A stretch of DNA of 63,105 nt, counting the filler, from Platydemus manokwari (Eukaryota): the NCBI GenBank assembly GCA_037951405.1. It is 5 parts of 5 records of this genome, joined end to end, with 100 filler letters (N's around TTAATTAATTAA, not from the genome) between each part and the next. Parts side by side here need not be neighbours in the genome. Positions count along the whole stretch, not along the records: positions 41,343 to 53,221 come from JBBMOY010417777.1; positions 53,322 to 63,105 come from JBBMOY011204988.1; 3 more parts are not named here. One strand, written 5' to 3'. This document shows, one piece after another, positions 41,343-61,592 of the stretch (positions are counted from its first letter, which is position 1; each line of letters begins with the position of its first letter). The translations under genes were made by a program, and so were the position numbers. The notes below the pieces were generated by a model. That model made no database searches. It worked only from the letters and a program-made list of their open reading frames with translations, and had not been told where the DNA came from.

Positions 41343-43098
41343 CAAAATGACGTGTATGTTAATGATTTGCTACAGCACACACACACAAGTGTTTACATCT
41401 GGTGTCAAATTCCGGTTATCAAGTTATAGACCCAATATTTTTACATTATATTGGTTACATCATTATCAGCATTTATCAAGGTTAATGTGTTAATCAATCA
41501 CACTAATGAATTTCACAAATTCCACAGTGTATTGTTAATGAATTTTTATCTGTAATAGAATACAATAAAAACGGAACAAACAAATTAATCAGACGTCTAT
41601 CATAATATTCTGTATCGACCGCCCAAATAAAAGAGGGATTGATTGACATATTATCTAATCTAACTATGAATTTTACAAATTTAACAAAGCTTCTGAAATA
41701 TAATTAAATTATTGGGCATTGAAACAAATGTTTTATAAATAATCTTGAATTGTCATTCATTCCAATATTGCTATCAAATAAAATTTTGTATTCCAATGTA
41801 TCATTTGTTTTGCTATTTATCGATTTGTGTGTTGATGTATTAACGTATTATGTGATGAATACAAGTATTTTATATTTTGGAAGCGTATATAAAATAATGT
41901 TGGGTTTTATGTAAGTTCAATTTCTGGAAGTTATTGGAATAAAATATAAGTGAATATATATATAAGGACCCGAATTTAGAGTTTATAAATTCAGTATTTA
42001 TATTAATAAATAAAATCCAATAAATAAAATAAAATAAATAAAATCCAGAAAAAACTTATCCATGAAAACAAATTCTAATAGAATAAACACCAATAAATTG
42101 CAAGTTATTTATTATCGAGTTCCATAAATAGTGGTAAAATAAAATAACCACACATTTAAAATAAATATACGGAATAAATTTAATCTCATAGAATTTTTCT
42201 CTGCTGTTGAGAATATTTCAGTAGTGGCCGCATAATGTGAATTCCCGGATTAAGAACCATGTTTATGCCCAGTATTTAACTGGAAGATCTAACACTAAAA
42301 TCATATATTACCATATTTATATAATCGCGTATTCTCAATATCTATCGAGTGAAACTCAAAATATCCGTTTTACTCCTAATTAGTATTTATGAGTATTAGT
42401 ATTTTCGTAGTCTCATGGATACAAGGTTTTGTAATGACAACCAGAAAAAATTCGGGTAAAGTCTTTATTTTAGTTGAAATCTTCATGTATGTTGGGATTC
42501 TGAGAAAATAACTAAATGGAACCAATTTTTGCATGACGTTATGTATCAATTTTATTATTCGGCATGACGATACGTATCAACGAACATTTTCAATGTGCGT
42601 TGATTTTTGTTATATTCTTTTTATCTTGAATTTGACCAATGTTAATGTTTTATAAAATGATAATTCATGGAATACATTAGCACAGTGTATTTATCAAAAT
42701 GATATTTATAAAATAAGATATTAAATATTTATAATAAATATTAAATGATCAAAATAATAATATCTGGAAAGCTTATTAAAGAACGACCCATTAAAATTCC
42801 CCGTATAATAAATTTATACATAAAATGTTATAAGAATTTATATGAAACATATTGTCGGGCAACAGCATTAGCAAATAAGCTGTCATTTATTATCGTGCAC
42901 AATAAATAGAGGCAGTAAATTAAATATTTAGTTGATAAAATCCAATCGCAGAGAATTTTTCTCTTCAATAGCAAATTCAAACACGAATACAAAATTGGCA
43001 CGAATAACCAGTTTATTTGTAAAATTTAATAAAATCAATTTTAATTATGCATAGAAAAATGAAATTTTGAAGACAAAATCTTTAGGAGAAGGGAGATA

Positions 43099-43225
43099 TG
43101 TTGAGTGAAATGAAACTCTGCAAAAAGAAAAACGGTTTGCACCTTGGAACCCTTGTTTTAGAACTTTAGACATTTGCATGCCTACACAACTATACAACCA
43201 ATCACAAAAGCCCTAAATAGAAGAT
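43099..43225. repeat. Fragment homologous to 62944-63080 (probable LTR family)
   Basis: Both loci share tgttgagtgaa...aaaaagaaaaacg.ttt(c)gcaccttg.aacccttgtttta...taaatagaa. Confidence 0.75.
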
Positions 43226-46200
43226 TCTAATTCGAAAAATGGGCACAGCTACACAGCAACACAAACATGGGGATTGCTCAATCTCGGGCACTCAAAATCA
43301 ATTAAAACTTGTGAAATAAAAGATCAAATCGAAACGTGATACACATATTGTACTCAAATCTCAAGTATAAAGACTGATGTAGAGAAGGCCAATTGCCAGT
43401 TGGAAGCTAAGTATTATGACATTGTTTTGCATTGATTTATAAAGTATTAGTTTGATTTTAGAGTTGTTTATGCACGTTCTAATTAGTAAAGATTCAGTGA
43501 ACTACAAATTATAACCTTTGATTCTTTTGGACGCAACATAATGTATGAAAAATATTGAAAAATTTGAGAAAAAATTAAAATTATTATTATCCTATTTGGG
43601 ATGAGATTTATATCCGACAGTGTCTTCCCGCAGTCATGCTTTAAATAACCTTTCGTGGTTTCCTTTTGATCATCTTTGCTTCTCAAACAACTTTCTACCT
43701 GGATTAACAAATGATTCTACATCAATGATAATTGGAAGAAATTTTTTCCTTTGCACAATTATTCGAATAATTTGTAACTCTTATTCCATTTACTTAATTC
43801 AATGATTTTAAATTTCAAATTATCATCATACCGGCTAATTTGTCTTTGTAATCAACTTTAAATAAACTCTACCTTAACATTTTTCATTACTATAATATAT
43901 CCATAAGCATCATGATTAAATTTATTCGTTAAATTTTATTTTTTTTATATTACCATGTTTTTTTAAGTAATGTTATCGCATACTATTTATTTTTTCCCAT
44001 ATAATAAACCGTTCCATACTCGTTAAGAATGCTTAACTGCTAATCTTCAATTTAAATTTCAACTGAATTCTCCCTCCTAGTTCTAGGATCTGATTATTTT
44101 TCGATTTCAGTTCTTCTAATCTACATTTTTCATAAAAACAATCAGAATGATCATGATAGGTGCTTGACAGTCCTTTCTCATTAATATAACTTGATAATTG
44201 CTATCTAATAGATCAATTAAATTTTCAAAGTTATTTACATTCGATTTTTTACACTCCTCACTCATTGTTTTGAGACAGTTTCACCAACGTGTAATATTCT
44301 GATTCTTTAGAAATTATTTTACCTAATTTATCACCATATTTCGTTTTAACACATCCAATTTTATATTTTCCATATTCTAGAATGATACAATTTCTTATGA
44401 TCTCTTCATTATCAATTTTTCACTTCATAATAGCATGATTAGATTTAATATATTAATTGATATAATAATCAATTCATGCCATAAAAATCGTATTTAGATA
44501 AATAGTCTAATTTATTTTCTACTTATATCTAAAAGTAGATAATATTTCATTAATCAATATCAATATCTCACTAATTTGTACATGCTCATTTTGCTAAATG
44601 TTATTTAAATTCTTATTCGAATAATACAGAAATGTGTAAATTTACCCAACTGAGTGGATGAGCTTAAATCTATTTTTATGTGGTATTTAATAAAGATATT
44701 TTGTATCAGTGGTTCTTTAATTTTTAAAAGGAAACTCAAAAGTATATTTATTCTTTGACATCAAGCACTTAATTATTGCACCAACGTTGTTAAATTTCAC
44801 AAGCATACCCAAAAACCCATAAGGATAGGCATGAAGCATTTGGAGATTTCTTTCAAAATTTTGATCGCATATCCACCTTTCATAGATTTATTGATATAAT
44901 AATAAGGGATACGTTATCCATTCGGATGAAAGGTTAGGAATAAACAATGATGATACATATAATTAGGTAATTGAAAAATTCACAAGGCGAATTTTTATAG
45001 AGAGCGATTTGCACGAGTGCTATGGTCGGCAAGTTATGAACTGATATATTCAGTAAATATGAATATGAAACAGAATTCACGGAATAAACCTTTGATGATG
45101 AAATGATTAAAAATGAATGAAAACAATGAATAATTACAAATCAATATAAAAGCGCTGACAGTCGATAACATCAACAATCAAACTGATACAAAAAGCAATG
45201 CAATACAATGTGAAATGGTTTTCTCCATCATAAATGCTGAGATATGTGCGAAACCTGAACGAATAAGTTCACTAAGAGCCAGCGTGTAACAAGAGCCATT
45301 GAACAGAACCCTGATTTCAATTTAAAATGATGGGATTTAATTATTAAATCAATTTCAAAATAAATCGACAAACAACAATGAATATAATCGTACAAAATAG
45401 ATTATGCAATTTGGCATAGAAACAGAAATTTTCTCAGACAAAAAATAATTATGAAAATATGATGTATGGTAATTATAATTGTTAGGATAATATGTCCAGA
45501 AATTTTTCAAATAAATCATAGACAATGAAATCAGACATTAGATGGTGATGTAGTCATGCGGGCATAGAGATTTAGTAATAACAATAATTATGAATTCACA
45601 GATGCACTTCAAAATCAGTGCAGTAAATAATAACTATGGGACATATTATCACATCATGTAGGTATAACTGATGGTCTATATAATTTTATGAGCAAATATA
45701 TAAGTAGATTATAATTCTCTGCATTATAAACTGAGAATCATCATTGTACATAGGAGATGTTATTTATTATTCCTCTTTTTATGCAGTTCCTCCATGAAAT
45801 CATCCCGTTAATAGCTTGTTCATTATATCACATCATCTTGTCCTAACTTATTAGTCTTCGTACTAATAGTCAGGCCCATTATCAGAACCACGCGGATTAT
45901 AATAAATACAGAAGATCCATCATAACTTTCCGACGAACTCATACCGTAGCATTATCAATTTAATAAACAATAGAAAATTTATACATAAGCACCCCTACTA
46001 ATAATTAATTTCAAATTTATTATCATTGAAATTAATTATTATTTTAGACCACATTAAATACTGGGATTTATCAGTTTAGCATTCGAAATTGAAGCCTGAT
46101 TCAAAACATTTATTCATGTAATTATATTTGCAACACAGTCACTTTACATTAAAAATGTAAAAACAAAATATTGTTAACCTACACCAATTAATAAGGATGT

Positions 46201-46335
46201 GTATATATGAATTTTAAAAAAATTGTATGATATAACTTAACTGACATCGTTAAACGACATTTATTGGAACATGAACTTGAAAAACATGGTTCATTAGATT
46301 TTAACTATTATTGCACAACAATATCATTCAACAAA

Positions 46336-46655
<320 letters not shown>

Positions 46656-46744
46656 TTTAGCTTAATTATTTACAAGAAGTGTTAAATTAAAACGAATTAC
46701 ACAAAAAAACAAATATTGAAATCTCTAGAAAGATACTTACTGTT

Positions 46745-47160
46745 TGCAAACCGCGAAAATATATTATATTCTTAGTAGAATATTCTGGTTGCATGGATAT
46801 GTCAAATAGAGCATGTTGATTGGCTATTTTAGTAGAATAGTTTTGAAACTATTATTTTTATTGAAGCTATATTAATTATAATTTCTGATTTTATTAAATG
46901 AAATTTAACAATTTATTAAAAATGTAGATTTATTATCTTATTTATTATTTTTAATTTTTTTAAATTACATAATAAAATTTGTATTAATAAAAATTATCAT
47001 TATGATTTATAATTAAAAATTACAATTATTTCAAATAAAATTTACTTATTAAAATTATTAAAACTTCAAAAAAATTATAAATGATAATAAAAATTAAATT
47101 TATTTTCTTTTACTAAATAAACTGAAATTATTTAAATCGAAAAAAATTCAACCTTGACTG
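46745..47160. promoter_or_regulatory. Probable bidirectional promoter between LC8 and UGP2
   Basis: Head-to-head genes with ATGs about 500 bp apart. CCAAT-type GATTGG at about 46818, then an extremely AT-rich tract. Confidence 0.5.
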
Positions 47161-47161
47161 T

Positions 47162-52485
<5,324 letters not shown>

Positions 52486-53221
52486 AATAATAAATTCTTT
52501 ATTCTCACATTCAACAGTGTTTTGTAGTGTCTTTTTGAATGATTTTGATATTAGACTATTATTATTATTGTAGAATTTTAGATAGTTCCTTGCGAATTTA
52601 TATATTGAACTGGTTCATGACAAATATAAATATCATGCTTTTATTTATTTTTATCTACTTTGAATATTAACCGATATGGATTCATCATGATATAAAAAAA
52701 TTAAAGAACTTCAACTGAGAATTACATGTAAACACTTGAATGAGCAATGCAGTTATAGCCGTCAGCATATATTGGGAATAGTTGTGTGTTTAACAATCTG
52801 TACTCCACCATGCAACTAACAGACTCAAACACTTCAATGCCTATGAAAAGAAAATATCATTTTGTCAAAATTTGCAATCAAGACCTGTATTCACCGTGTT
52901 AATTTCTATGGTTTCTCAAGTCTATAATGAGTTCTAAAAATGTGAAGTATTTTTTCAAAATATTTAATGTTCCATAAAGAACTAATTATTCAACTATTTT
53001 TGATTTCATGTAAAAATTAAATATTTCTCAAAAGACATACTTTTAGCGATAAAACTTGGGCAAAGATGGAACTGAATTGGTAAGTTGTGTAGAAACTGTG
53101 AATAAAATATTCATATAAAACAACTCATAATTTATCTATTGCCATTTATGTGAAAGTTTTAGTAAATTTAAGCTATTTTCCGGAAGTTCAATGAGTATAT
53201 TCAATAAATATATATAAAATA

Positions 53222-53321
53222 NNNNNNNNNNNNNNNNNNNNNNNNNNNNNNNNNNNNNNNNNNNNTTAATTAATTAANNNNNNNNNNNNNNNNNNNNNNN
53301 NNNNNNNNNNNNNNNNNNNNN
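53222..53321. other. Artificial assembly spacer
   Basis: 44N-TTAATTAATTAA-44N. Confidence 0.97.
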
Positions 53322-53693
53322 TTAAAAATAAGACCAATTGATTGTATGTTTTAATAGTGATAAATCATGTAATTCTGATTAGATTTACAATTTTTAAATA
53401 ATTAAATTTCTTTAAATTCTTTATTTTAAGCCTGAATTTTATTGAAATTATTTATTTATTTATGCCATGTACTTTCATTTCTAGTCCAACTTCAATTTAC
53501 CAAAAACACATTTAAATTTATTTCTATAAAGATTAAGTAATAATACATGAAAATTATCTTAACATATTTTCTCTGGAACTTTTGGACGACAGACTTTTAA
53601 TAGAAAACATTCTATTCAAAATATGATATGAAACGAAATAAAAATTATTCAATTATTAATTTAGCCTCTATTGATATGTGGGTTTATGTTTAG

Positions 53694-55145
53694 GTAATAA
53701 AAAATTATAATAAAAATATGCAGCAATTGGTTTATTTTGGTCCTTCTGCTTCTATTTCCGATTTGAATCTCTCTTCCGATACTGCTACAGAGAGTTCAAG
53801 TTCCATGTTAAATCCATCTTCTCTGATTCGACACAATATACTAGAAGATTCTATTACTGAATGTCCTCATATGGAAGAAGACCATTGTGATGGGTAATTT
53901 TAAATATATTTAATTTCATAAAATAATGTTCATTACTGTCAATTCACCATGTCAGTTTTCATAAAATCAAATAAATTCACATTTATCAGATCAACATTAT
54001 TAGTTTTTGAATATATCATTTGGTAAAAATCGTTATAAAATAAAAATTCAATTTCTTGAGAAACAAAAAATATAAGTCAACAAACTTAAATATCAAAACT
54101 TACATTCGAAAACCTTTTTTGGTGCAACTAATTAGAAATTTTATTGATTTTGTTGTTGGTATTCAATATATTCAATAATTCAGTGTATGAGAAATATAAA
54201 CTTTTCGGAAATAAATCAAATGAGTTATGAGAATTGAAGATTTAACTTTATCTTAATTGCATTTGTACAATTAAAAATTTAAATAAAAATATTTTTAAAT
54301 CGAGATTTTATATGTATTTTACTAAAATTTGCATTTACGTAACGCAACATGTTCGGTAATAACTTTCAAAAATTGTATTTTTCATAAAATCAAAATTTTC
54401 TTGTGATTAAGTTTTTTATATTCTTGTAATTATAAAATTTAGAAATGATTTAAGTTAAATTATTTTTAAAGTTAAATTTTAAGTCCATACCGTTTATGAT
54501 ATGAACAAATACCTATAGGAGACTTGTCTTAGCATATGAAATTTTGTCTGACAACTACATCCGAGTTGCAATCAACTTATATTAATAATTGTTAAATTTA
54601 TCAACTTTATAAATTGATCATATATAATCACTCATTAAATATTTAATAAATAGATGTAATCTTTATAAATTTATAACTAATTAGAAATTCAAAAACCTCG
54701 AATAATCTAACGATTGACCAGTCAATTACTGGAAGTCCAGTAGTAATTCGGGAAAAATCTGGAAGAAAGATTATTTCGAATAACTCCTTATTAGTATGAA
54801 TTTATTATATTTTAATTATAGAATTATTAATTTTTCAGCGAAAAGATTCATTAGATTATACTTTAACTGATTCCCAAAATCACATAACCGACAGCATAAA
54901 TGAAAAAGAAAAAATCGCTCAAGGATTAATTGGACCGTGCAACTTTTTAGTCAATATGGTGACTTTTAACATTAAATATCTTTTAATAACGATTATTTTA
55001 GATAAATAACACATCCTCGGATAATATAAATGAAAAATTTGACATAAACATTAAAGAAAAACAGTTGGTGAAAACAAGTTTCGAAGGAAAAAATATGTCG
55101 CTTTGGTCTCCTGAGCACAGACCTAAATTTGTTCATCATTATTGA
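53694..55145 (+). CDS. Unknown protein, last four exons (Ser/Asn-rich, probably disordered); not in the ORF track
   Basis: Exons 53694-53893, 54685-54793, 54839-54958 and 55002-55145 join through GT-AG introns in matching phase without stops, ending MSLWSPEHRPKFVHHY*. The start could be the ATG at 53718 or lie further upstream. Confidence 0.7.
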
Positions 55146-55264
55146 TTCGTTTGAATTGATTTGATGTTGTAATTAAGATACTAAAGATTATTGTAGATAA
55201 ATATTCTATCAAATTATTATTAAAAAAAAAGATTAAATTAAATATATTTTGATCTATTTAATTA

Positions 55265-55766
55265 TTAGTTCAATTGTATTATTTTTCTGGGAATTATTTC
55301 AAGTTTAAAATTGAACTCTTTTGACAAGCTTTTCAATTCACCCTCAACTAGAATTCGATGGCCCACGACAAATTCTTTACAAATATTTTTCAAAATACTA
55401 TTTCGTAAAGGAATATCGTGAAGGCTTTGGACTATTTTTACTTGTTTGGAATTGTCTTTTTTCTGATAATTTATAGAAGATATAGCCATGACAATTTGAT
55501 CATCAATAACCTGAAAAATATTTAAAAAAATAGTAATAATTTAATATAAGAATAACTTTGAAATTTTTAATAGTTCCGGTTATTCTAATAGTACAATTTG
55601 AAACATGGCATGGAATCTTAAGACTTGATATAGATGATTGATCTATGAATCTTTCGTAATCTGATATTAATTCTGTATCCGTTAATAATAAACCACTTTC
55701 ATAGCGAAAAAACATTAAATTAATTTTATTTATAAAATATTTATATAGTTTTCGTGGTACAAACAT
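55265..55766 (-). CDS. Divergent mitochondrial SSB-like OB-fold protein (151 aa, 2 exons)
   Basis: Exons 55766-55557 and 55510-55265 (46-nt intron) join two track ORFs in frame. The N-terminus is basic and non-acidic, like a presequence. IRITGTI...LHDI...L...C.EFVVGHRILVEGELK...IIPRKIIQL parallels SSBP1 VHLLGRV...WHRI...L....QYVKKGSRIYLEGKID...IIADNIIFL. Confidence 0.7.
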
Positions 55767-56556
55767 AATTATCTTTAAAAATCACAAACCAAATATTATT
55801 AAAACAAGGTTTTCAGATAAAATAATAATTGAACTTAATGGAAAGCATTTTATCAATGTGCCTTTTATTAAGAAAGCTTTTTTAATCAAATTGAAAGACT
55901 AAATCAAAATATTCAATTAATAAATTAATTAAATCAATAATTTTAATTGCTAATATACCTTTGGTACAATATTTCGGTTTTGAAAGTTTTATTTGATTTT
56001 CTCAAATTATTAGGTTTTTCGATTTTTTCATCTTTAGCAGTTTATTGAAAATTAAATTACTTTAATAATTTAATTATTGTCAATGTTCACTAAGTACTTC
56101 CGTTGATTATTTTTCAATGTTTCCAAAATATATTCGGATGTTTTAAAATAGCATAGATTTATTTCAGAGATGGCAGGAGGAAATTCAATCTATAATATAA
56201 ATGTTTATGAGTTTGAACTACATTTTTGTTGAACTACTAGATGACTTGTTCTTTAATTGTCTTGTATAGTCTCGAATTAATTATCTACACAAATAATACA
56301 ATAAAGAAACTATTCATTATAATAAATGACGTAAACATACATTGATCTCGATACATTGACCCTGAGTATGGACTGACCCGCTGCCGGTGAATTAAACCAA
56401 TAGCCAGCCAACAATAGTATCCAAAATTAACAATAAACTCTTTAACGTGATCAATAACAATAAAATAACAATAAATGCTTTGATTCTTTTTGACCAACTG
56501 ATAAATAAACATTTGTGTTTTGTATGATGTATTAGTTGTTCAAGTTATTATTTGCG

Positions 56557-56558
<2 letters not shown>

Positions 56559-56602
<44 letters not shown>
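56559..56602. repeat. (TTA)n microsatellite
   Basis: Perfect triplet run. Confidence 0.95.
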
Positions 56603-56612
56603 TCGGATAATA

Positions 56613-57714
56613 TGTTAAAATCCGGAGGAGGTGAAAGATGCGAAGAGAGATAAATAAGCAATAAATAATGTAATTAAATAAATAGTAAATAATATAAGCA
56701 AATGGATAATAAATAATATCGAGTTAAATAATTAATAACTTAATAACAAAAGCAATACAAAAACGATAATAAATAATAATTAGGAAGATAGTAAGAACAA
56801 TAATAAATATAATAAATATCAGAAAGTTGATTACAACAGATATTAAGAGTCAATAATAAGAAAAAGCCATTAGTTATGCATTCAAAAACACGATTCCAAA
56901 GCGTGAAAAAAACAGTAATAATGGATGAGAAAAATCGGCATGAAAATCCGTGTGAGGGGATGGACGTGGCCAACGCATGTAAATAGAGGCGTCGGTCATA
57001 ATATCACAACCACTAAAATAACTACTACAATAAACGATTACGGAAACCACTACGGCAACTACTGCAACAGACAGTTATTTTAGTCCACGGAAATTTCAAG
57101 ATTTCAAGTTGACTTCGTACATTGGCGATAGTGTCTAATTGTTTGTTACAGAGGAATTTACATGAGGAGTGCCACAAACGAGCAGTATAGTTGTAACTCA
57201 CAGCTTGGAGTTTTTTGCAAAGAAAACATCTGACAAAGCAATAGTGTTTTGGACCTTACACGGATCGGAGTTTTTATCGGATAATTATCACAGACATAGT
57301 AAGGGTTATTATTTCGATTTCGATCATTTTTTAATCACATTCATTTACGATAATAATTTACTTAACAAACAGCACTATTGATGTCATTATAATAATTGAA
57401 TTTATCAACTTCATAAAATATATTATTGATCTCTTCTCTCCGTGTCACTAAAATCTCCGTCCGTTAACCGGATTACTCGTTAATCGCTGAGGCGAGGTAC
57501 GAGAAATTTTGCTCAACTTTTGTTTTTGTTTTTCATATTAATTGTTATGTTCACTTTTCCTAAATAAACTTTTTGAAAACCCCAAACTGCGTTGTCATTA
57601 TATCGTATTAATAATTACTGAATAATTGCAAAGCCATTAGGGTTATCCGATTTATTGTTTTATCAATTTATCATAAATTTCGTATATTGAATTCTCAACT
57701 GTTAGTTGCTAACA
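56613..57714 (+). mobile_element. LTR-like remnant (~1.1 kb)
   Basis: TGTTA...TAACA termini. The start TGTTAAAATCCGGAGGAGG resembles the terminus at 8301. It shares a motif with 62517-62565, and a Gypsy RNase H remnant lies downstream. Confidence 0.5.
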
Positions 57715-58055
57715 CTTCTTCATTTTATATGTAGAATTCAAAAGTCATAATTTTTTTAACACACAAATAATATATTTCCATATTACAATTTTTCCATACA
57801 AATATTCTATTATTTTCAACATTCTTTAAAAATTTAAATGCACTTTCAAATTCAATTTCAAATTTTTTTAAATGATTTTTTAGCTTGTATTTTTGAAAGG
57901 TTACAGTAATAGTTTCAGGAAGATAAATACAAATATTAAATATTTTTAATGTAATCAATTAAAAATTATTTTTTTTAATTATTAATCGTAATTTAAATTA
58001 TAAATCTCACAATTACAGAAGATTTATCAAAGTATACGCATTGGTATATAAGAAA

Positions 58056-58384
58056 TTGGATTGCAGTACAGAGCACGAGGAAAGTTTTGGAAACCTAGAA
58101 GAACAATTACACAGCTCCGATTTTGGCCATTCTGTATCCAAACAAAGAAATGATTTTAGACACTGAGGCTAGTTTTGGGGCGATTGGGGGTTCTAAGCCA
58201 GCTGGATGACAATAAAAAAGAAAAGTGGTGGTATATGGTTCTTGAACTCTTAACAGTCCTGAAAAAGGTTAATGCTTCCCGAAAAAAGAGCTTTTGGCAA
58301 TCCACGAGTTTACTATGCATTTTAAACATTATCTGTTAGGAAAGAAATTTGTGACTCACATCGACCACAAAGCCTTGACATACA
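58056..58384 (+). mobile_element. Ty3/Gypsy pol remnant (RT connection and RNase H)
   Basis: With frameshifts and stops it reads TAPILAILYPNKEMILDTEASFGAIG..LSQ...VVVYGS*TL...KKELLAIHEFTMHFKHYLLGKKFVTHIDHKALTY, the classic Gypsy RNase H signature (TDAS, ELLA, HYL.G..F.V.TDH). Confidence 0.9.
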
Positions 58385-60116
58385 AATAGATTTTGATAAA
58401 TATAAAGATGTAATTCTTGGAGATCTGTTTACAGTCTATGAAGAAGACTGAATCATAGATTCTTTTCAGTGGTGATTAAAATTTTCCTTAAAATTTTTAA
58501 ATTATAAATGGAGGGTTATAACATAAATAAAAGAATAGAAGAATTTAAAAAGATTGTTTCATTAAAAATTAAAATAAATACTGAAGCTGAAGAAAAACTA
58601 CATTATAAAGTTTGTTAAATCGGGGTTTTACCGAATTTGCTAAATCATTATTAGCACCCGTTGTACAAAATCAGGAAAAACAACAACTAGCAATTGAATG
58701 AGGAAATAAAAATTTAAAAGCTATTGAGAAAAAAATGACTACTGCAAAACCGGCGACGTATATTGAACCAGAAATATTTAATCCACATTATCCACAAACT
58801 CTATTTTTCCAACATTAGAAATAAAAAATATATATAACAAGGATTTTCAAACTTTAAATATATAAATATATAATAAAGAATTCTTGATTACAAAAATATA
58901 TAATAAAAGTTATTTTACATATACCGGAGATACAACTAATTTTGAGATTACAAATAATTTATTAAACATTATTTTGGGAAATAAAAAGGCAAATAAAAGT
59001 GAAGAAGACATTCAAAGTTATTTTAAAATGTAGAAGAAAAAAATGTAACAAGAATATCTAATTATAAGAACTTTTCATTCATCAAATATTTAGAAAACTT
59101 TATTAAAATAATCCTGATACATCAGGAATGTTTCAAAATGAGCTTTGTACATTAGGAACAGGATTTAATAAAAATAATAATCAGTGAATCGACTAAAGTC
59201 GTTATTAATTATAAATCCAAAAGAATAATATTATGAATTAAGAAAATTATTTGCTTCTATAAAAGGCAGACACAATAATGTTAATAATTCAACATATAGT
59301 ATTTTAATAAAATTAAATAAATTAAGATGTATAAACAAAGAAAGGAAAATAAAATTACTCAAAAAATATTTTCATTAAAAAAAGCATTTTTGTTCATTAA
59401 GATTGTGAGTTAATTAGATAAAAATATTTAAAAAATCATACATGAAATTATAAAAGAAAATTAAAATATTATTTATCCATCAGTAACAACAGCAACAAAT
59501 TTGAAAAAATCTGTTATTAATGTTTTTCGATCACAGCAAACTTCACATGCTGTAGATATTTGTAATGTTTTCTTAAGGTATGAAATTGAAATAGAATTTA
59601 AAAAATTGAAATAATTAGGAAATTTAAATTCTATAAATTATTTAAAACTTTCTTAAATATTTTATTTATTTAATTAAACAAGTTACTGGAAATTGCACAA
59701 CAAAAAATAATCTTTATTCTAAAACATACCCACTGATCTCTAATGTTTCAGATAGTGAAGAACTTGGTAGTAAATTTTCAGTTATTAAATATGGATAATT
59801 TTCCTTAAACATTTTATCATAATAATTACAGAAAACAACGAGGCTGCTGAGGGATTGAAAAGTATCTACAGTAAGTTATTAAATGAGAAATTTCAGTTTT
59901 TTTACTTAACCTGTAGTTCATAAATCTTTGTCAAAGCGTTTTCACATTAATTTTATCCCTATCACTTTGTGTTAACGTTTTCCATGAAGTATTGTATTTC
60001 TATATCTCAACATATTTATCCCAGAACTGTTTATATTTCTCTATTTGATTCACTAATTTGTCATTATCTACTTCATACCATAAATCGAAGCCATCCCTTA
60101 TAACAATGATTTCCCA

Positions 60117-61501
60117 TTACGGTTTATAGGTTTTACTGCCGGCGTCATCATCGTGCTTACGACCAACTTCACAGTGAGTTTCCATAATGAACAACTCAAC
60201 CATTGGGTTCAACTGCAGTTCCTTTACTGTGAGTAGATTCTCTAATATTTTCTTTACCGAATTCCTTTCTTCTCTAGCACTGCTATGTTGCCTCCATTTC
60301 TTGCTCACTTTTAACCATGCATATATTGAGAGCTTCTTCTTCTTCTCCATACAATGTTTCTTGTCCGTGCTTCAAATTGTTCACTGGTGGCTTCGGCATT
60401 GGTTTAGTGTGAAGTACTGCACACATGTTGTCTGGCTCGTATTGTAAAAAACCCTGATTTATTATATAGGCACTATCTGGCAATTCATCAAACTTAAAAA
60501 ATATTGTTATATTTTCTACTATCTTATTCTTCTCTTTTTCCATATTCTATATTTCTAATTTCCGTACTTTCCTGACCTTTGCGCATGCATTTAATGTAAC
60601 TTTTATATCATGCTCCTGCGAACCATCCGTTATCCACATATTTATCCTTAGCGGTTTTTGCAGTGCTGCTGTATGGCGGACTAATCTTCTTCATAGGACT
60701 GCTCGCTCCTTCTCTTAATTGGTTAAATCATCTACCATTAAGATGTGATCTTGCAGCTTGACTAATATTTCCCTTGCTTGGGCTATTTCATTCTTCTATA
60801 CCAATTGTATCATTTTATTCGTTTTTTCCCCTATTGCCAATGGTTTATTTTCTTTATTATTCTTTATTAAAATCTTCATACTCTATGTTCATGCACACTA
60901 CCTTGGACTCGATAATTTCTGCCATCGAGTTGACAAATTTACTAATTCCTTTCGTAACGTTTCAACATCACTATGCGCTACTGCTTCTATTGCTTTTTGG
61001 GATCCCTGAGGATTGTTCTGCCTTTGCCTACATGTCCGAATTTATTACAATATCCACACTAGATTCTTCCATTACTATTCAACCTATCTCTTCTGTAATT
61101 ATTGAATTTTGCACGATAATTGTCATAGCTTCCTCTATTTTTTTAACCTTCCGCTGACTGGCTTCTGGGCCTATTGACCCTTTGAAATTCATGATGATAA
61201 TAATAATACTATTCGTTTTCTTAATGTCATATCTATATCCATAAAAATTACTTCATTCCCCTTTAAATTATTATCCGTCTGCATCATCTGTTGATGCTCT
61301 TGGAGGGCATAGTCCTTTAAATATAGCGGCAACCGCATTTTTTATTACTATTTTTCCACCCATGAGCTGTTTCAATGCGCTCAAACTCATCGATTAAATC
61401 ATCGAACAACACTTGCCGACCCTCAAATGGGGTTATAGGCAAATAAATTAATTTGCCGAACTCATTGCTGGCCATATTATTATTATTAATATTATTGGTA
61501 A

Positions 61502-61568
<67 letters not shown>

Positions 61569-61592
61569 CCTATTATCACTCTCGTTATTCAT
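60117..61592 (-). mobile_element. Degenerate Ty3/Gypsy gag-like region with a poly-Asn leader
   Basis: PITPFEG...FDDLIDEFERIETAHGW...K matches a Gypsy capsid N-terminal pattern. A decayed zinc-knuckle-like KVTLNACAKVRKVRK lies near 60560-60605. There are several broken minus-strand ORFs, with LTR-like sequence upstream (62500-63105). Confidence 0.6.
61475..61570. repeat. (TTA)n/(TCATTA)n microsatellite encoding poly-N/ND on the minus strand
   Basis: Seen directly in the sequence. Confidence 0.9.
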
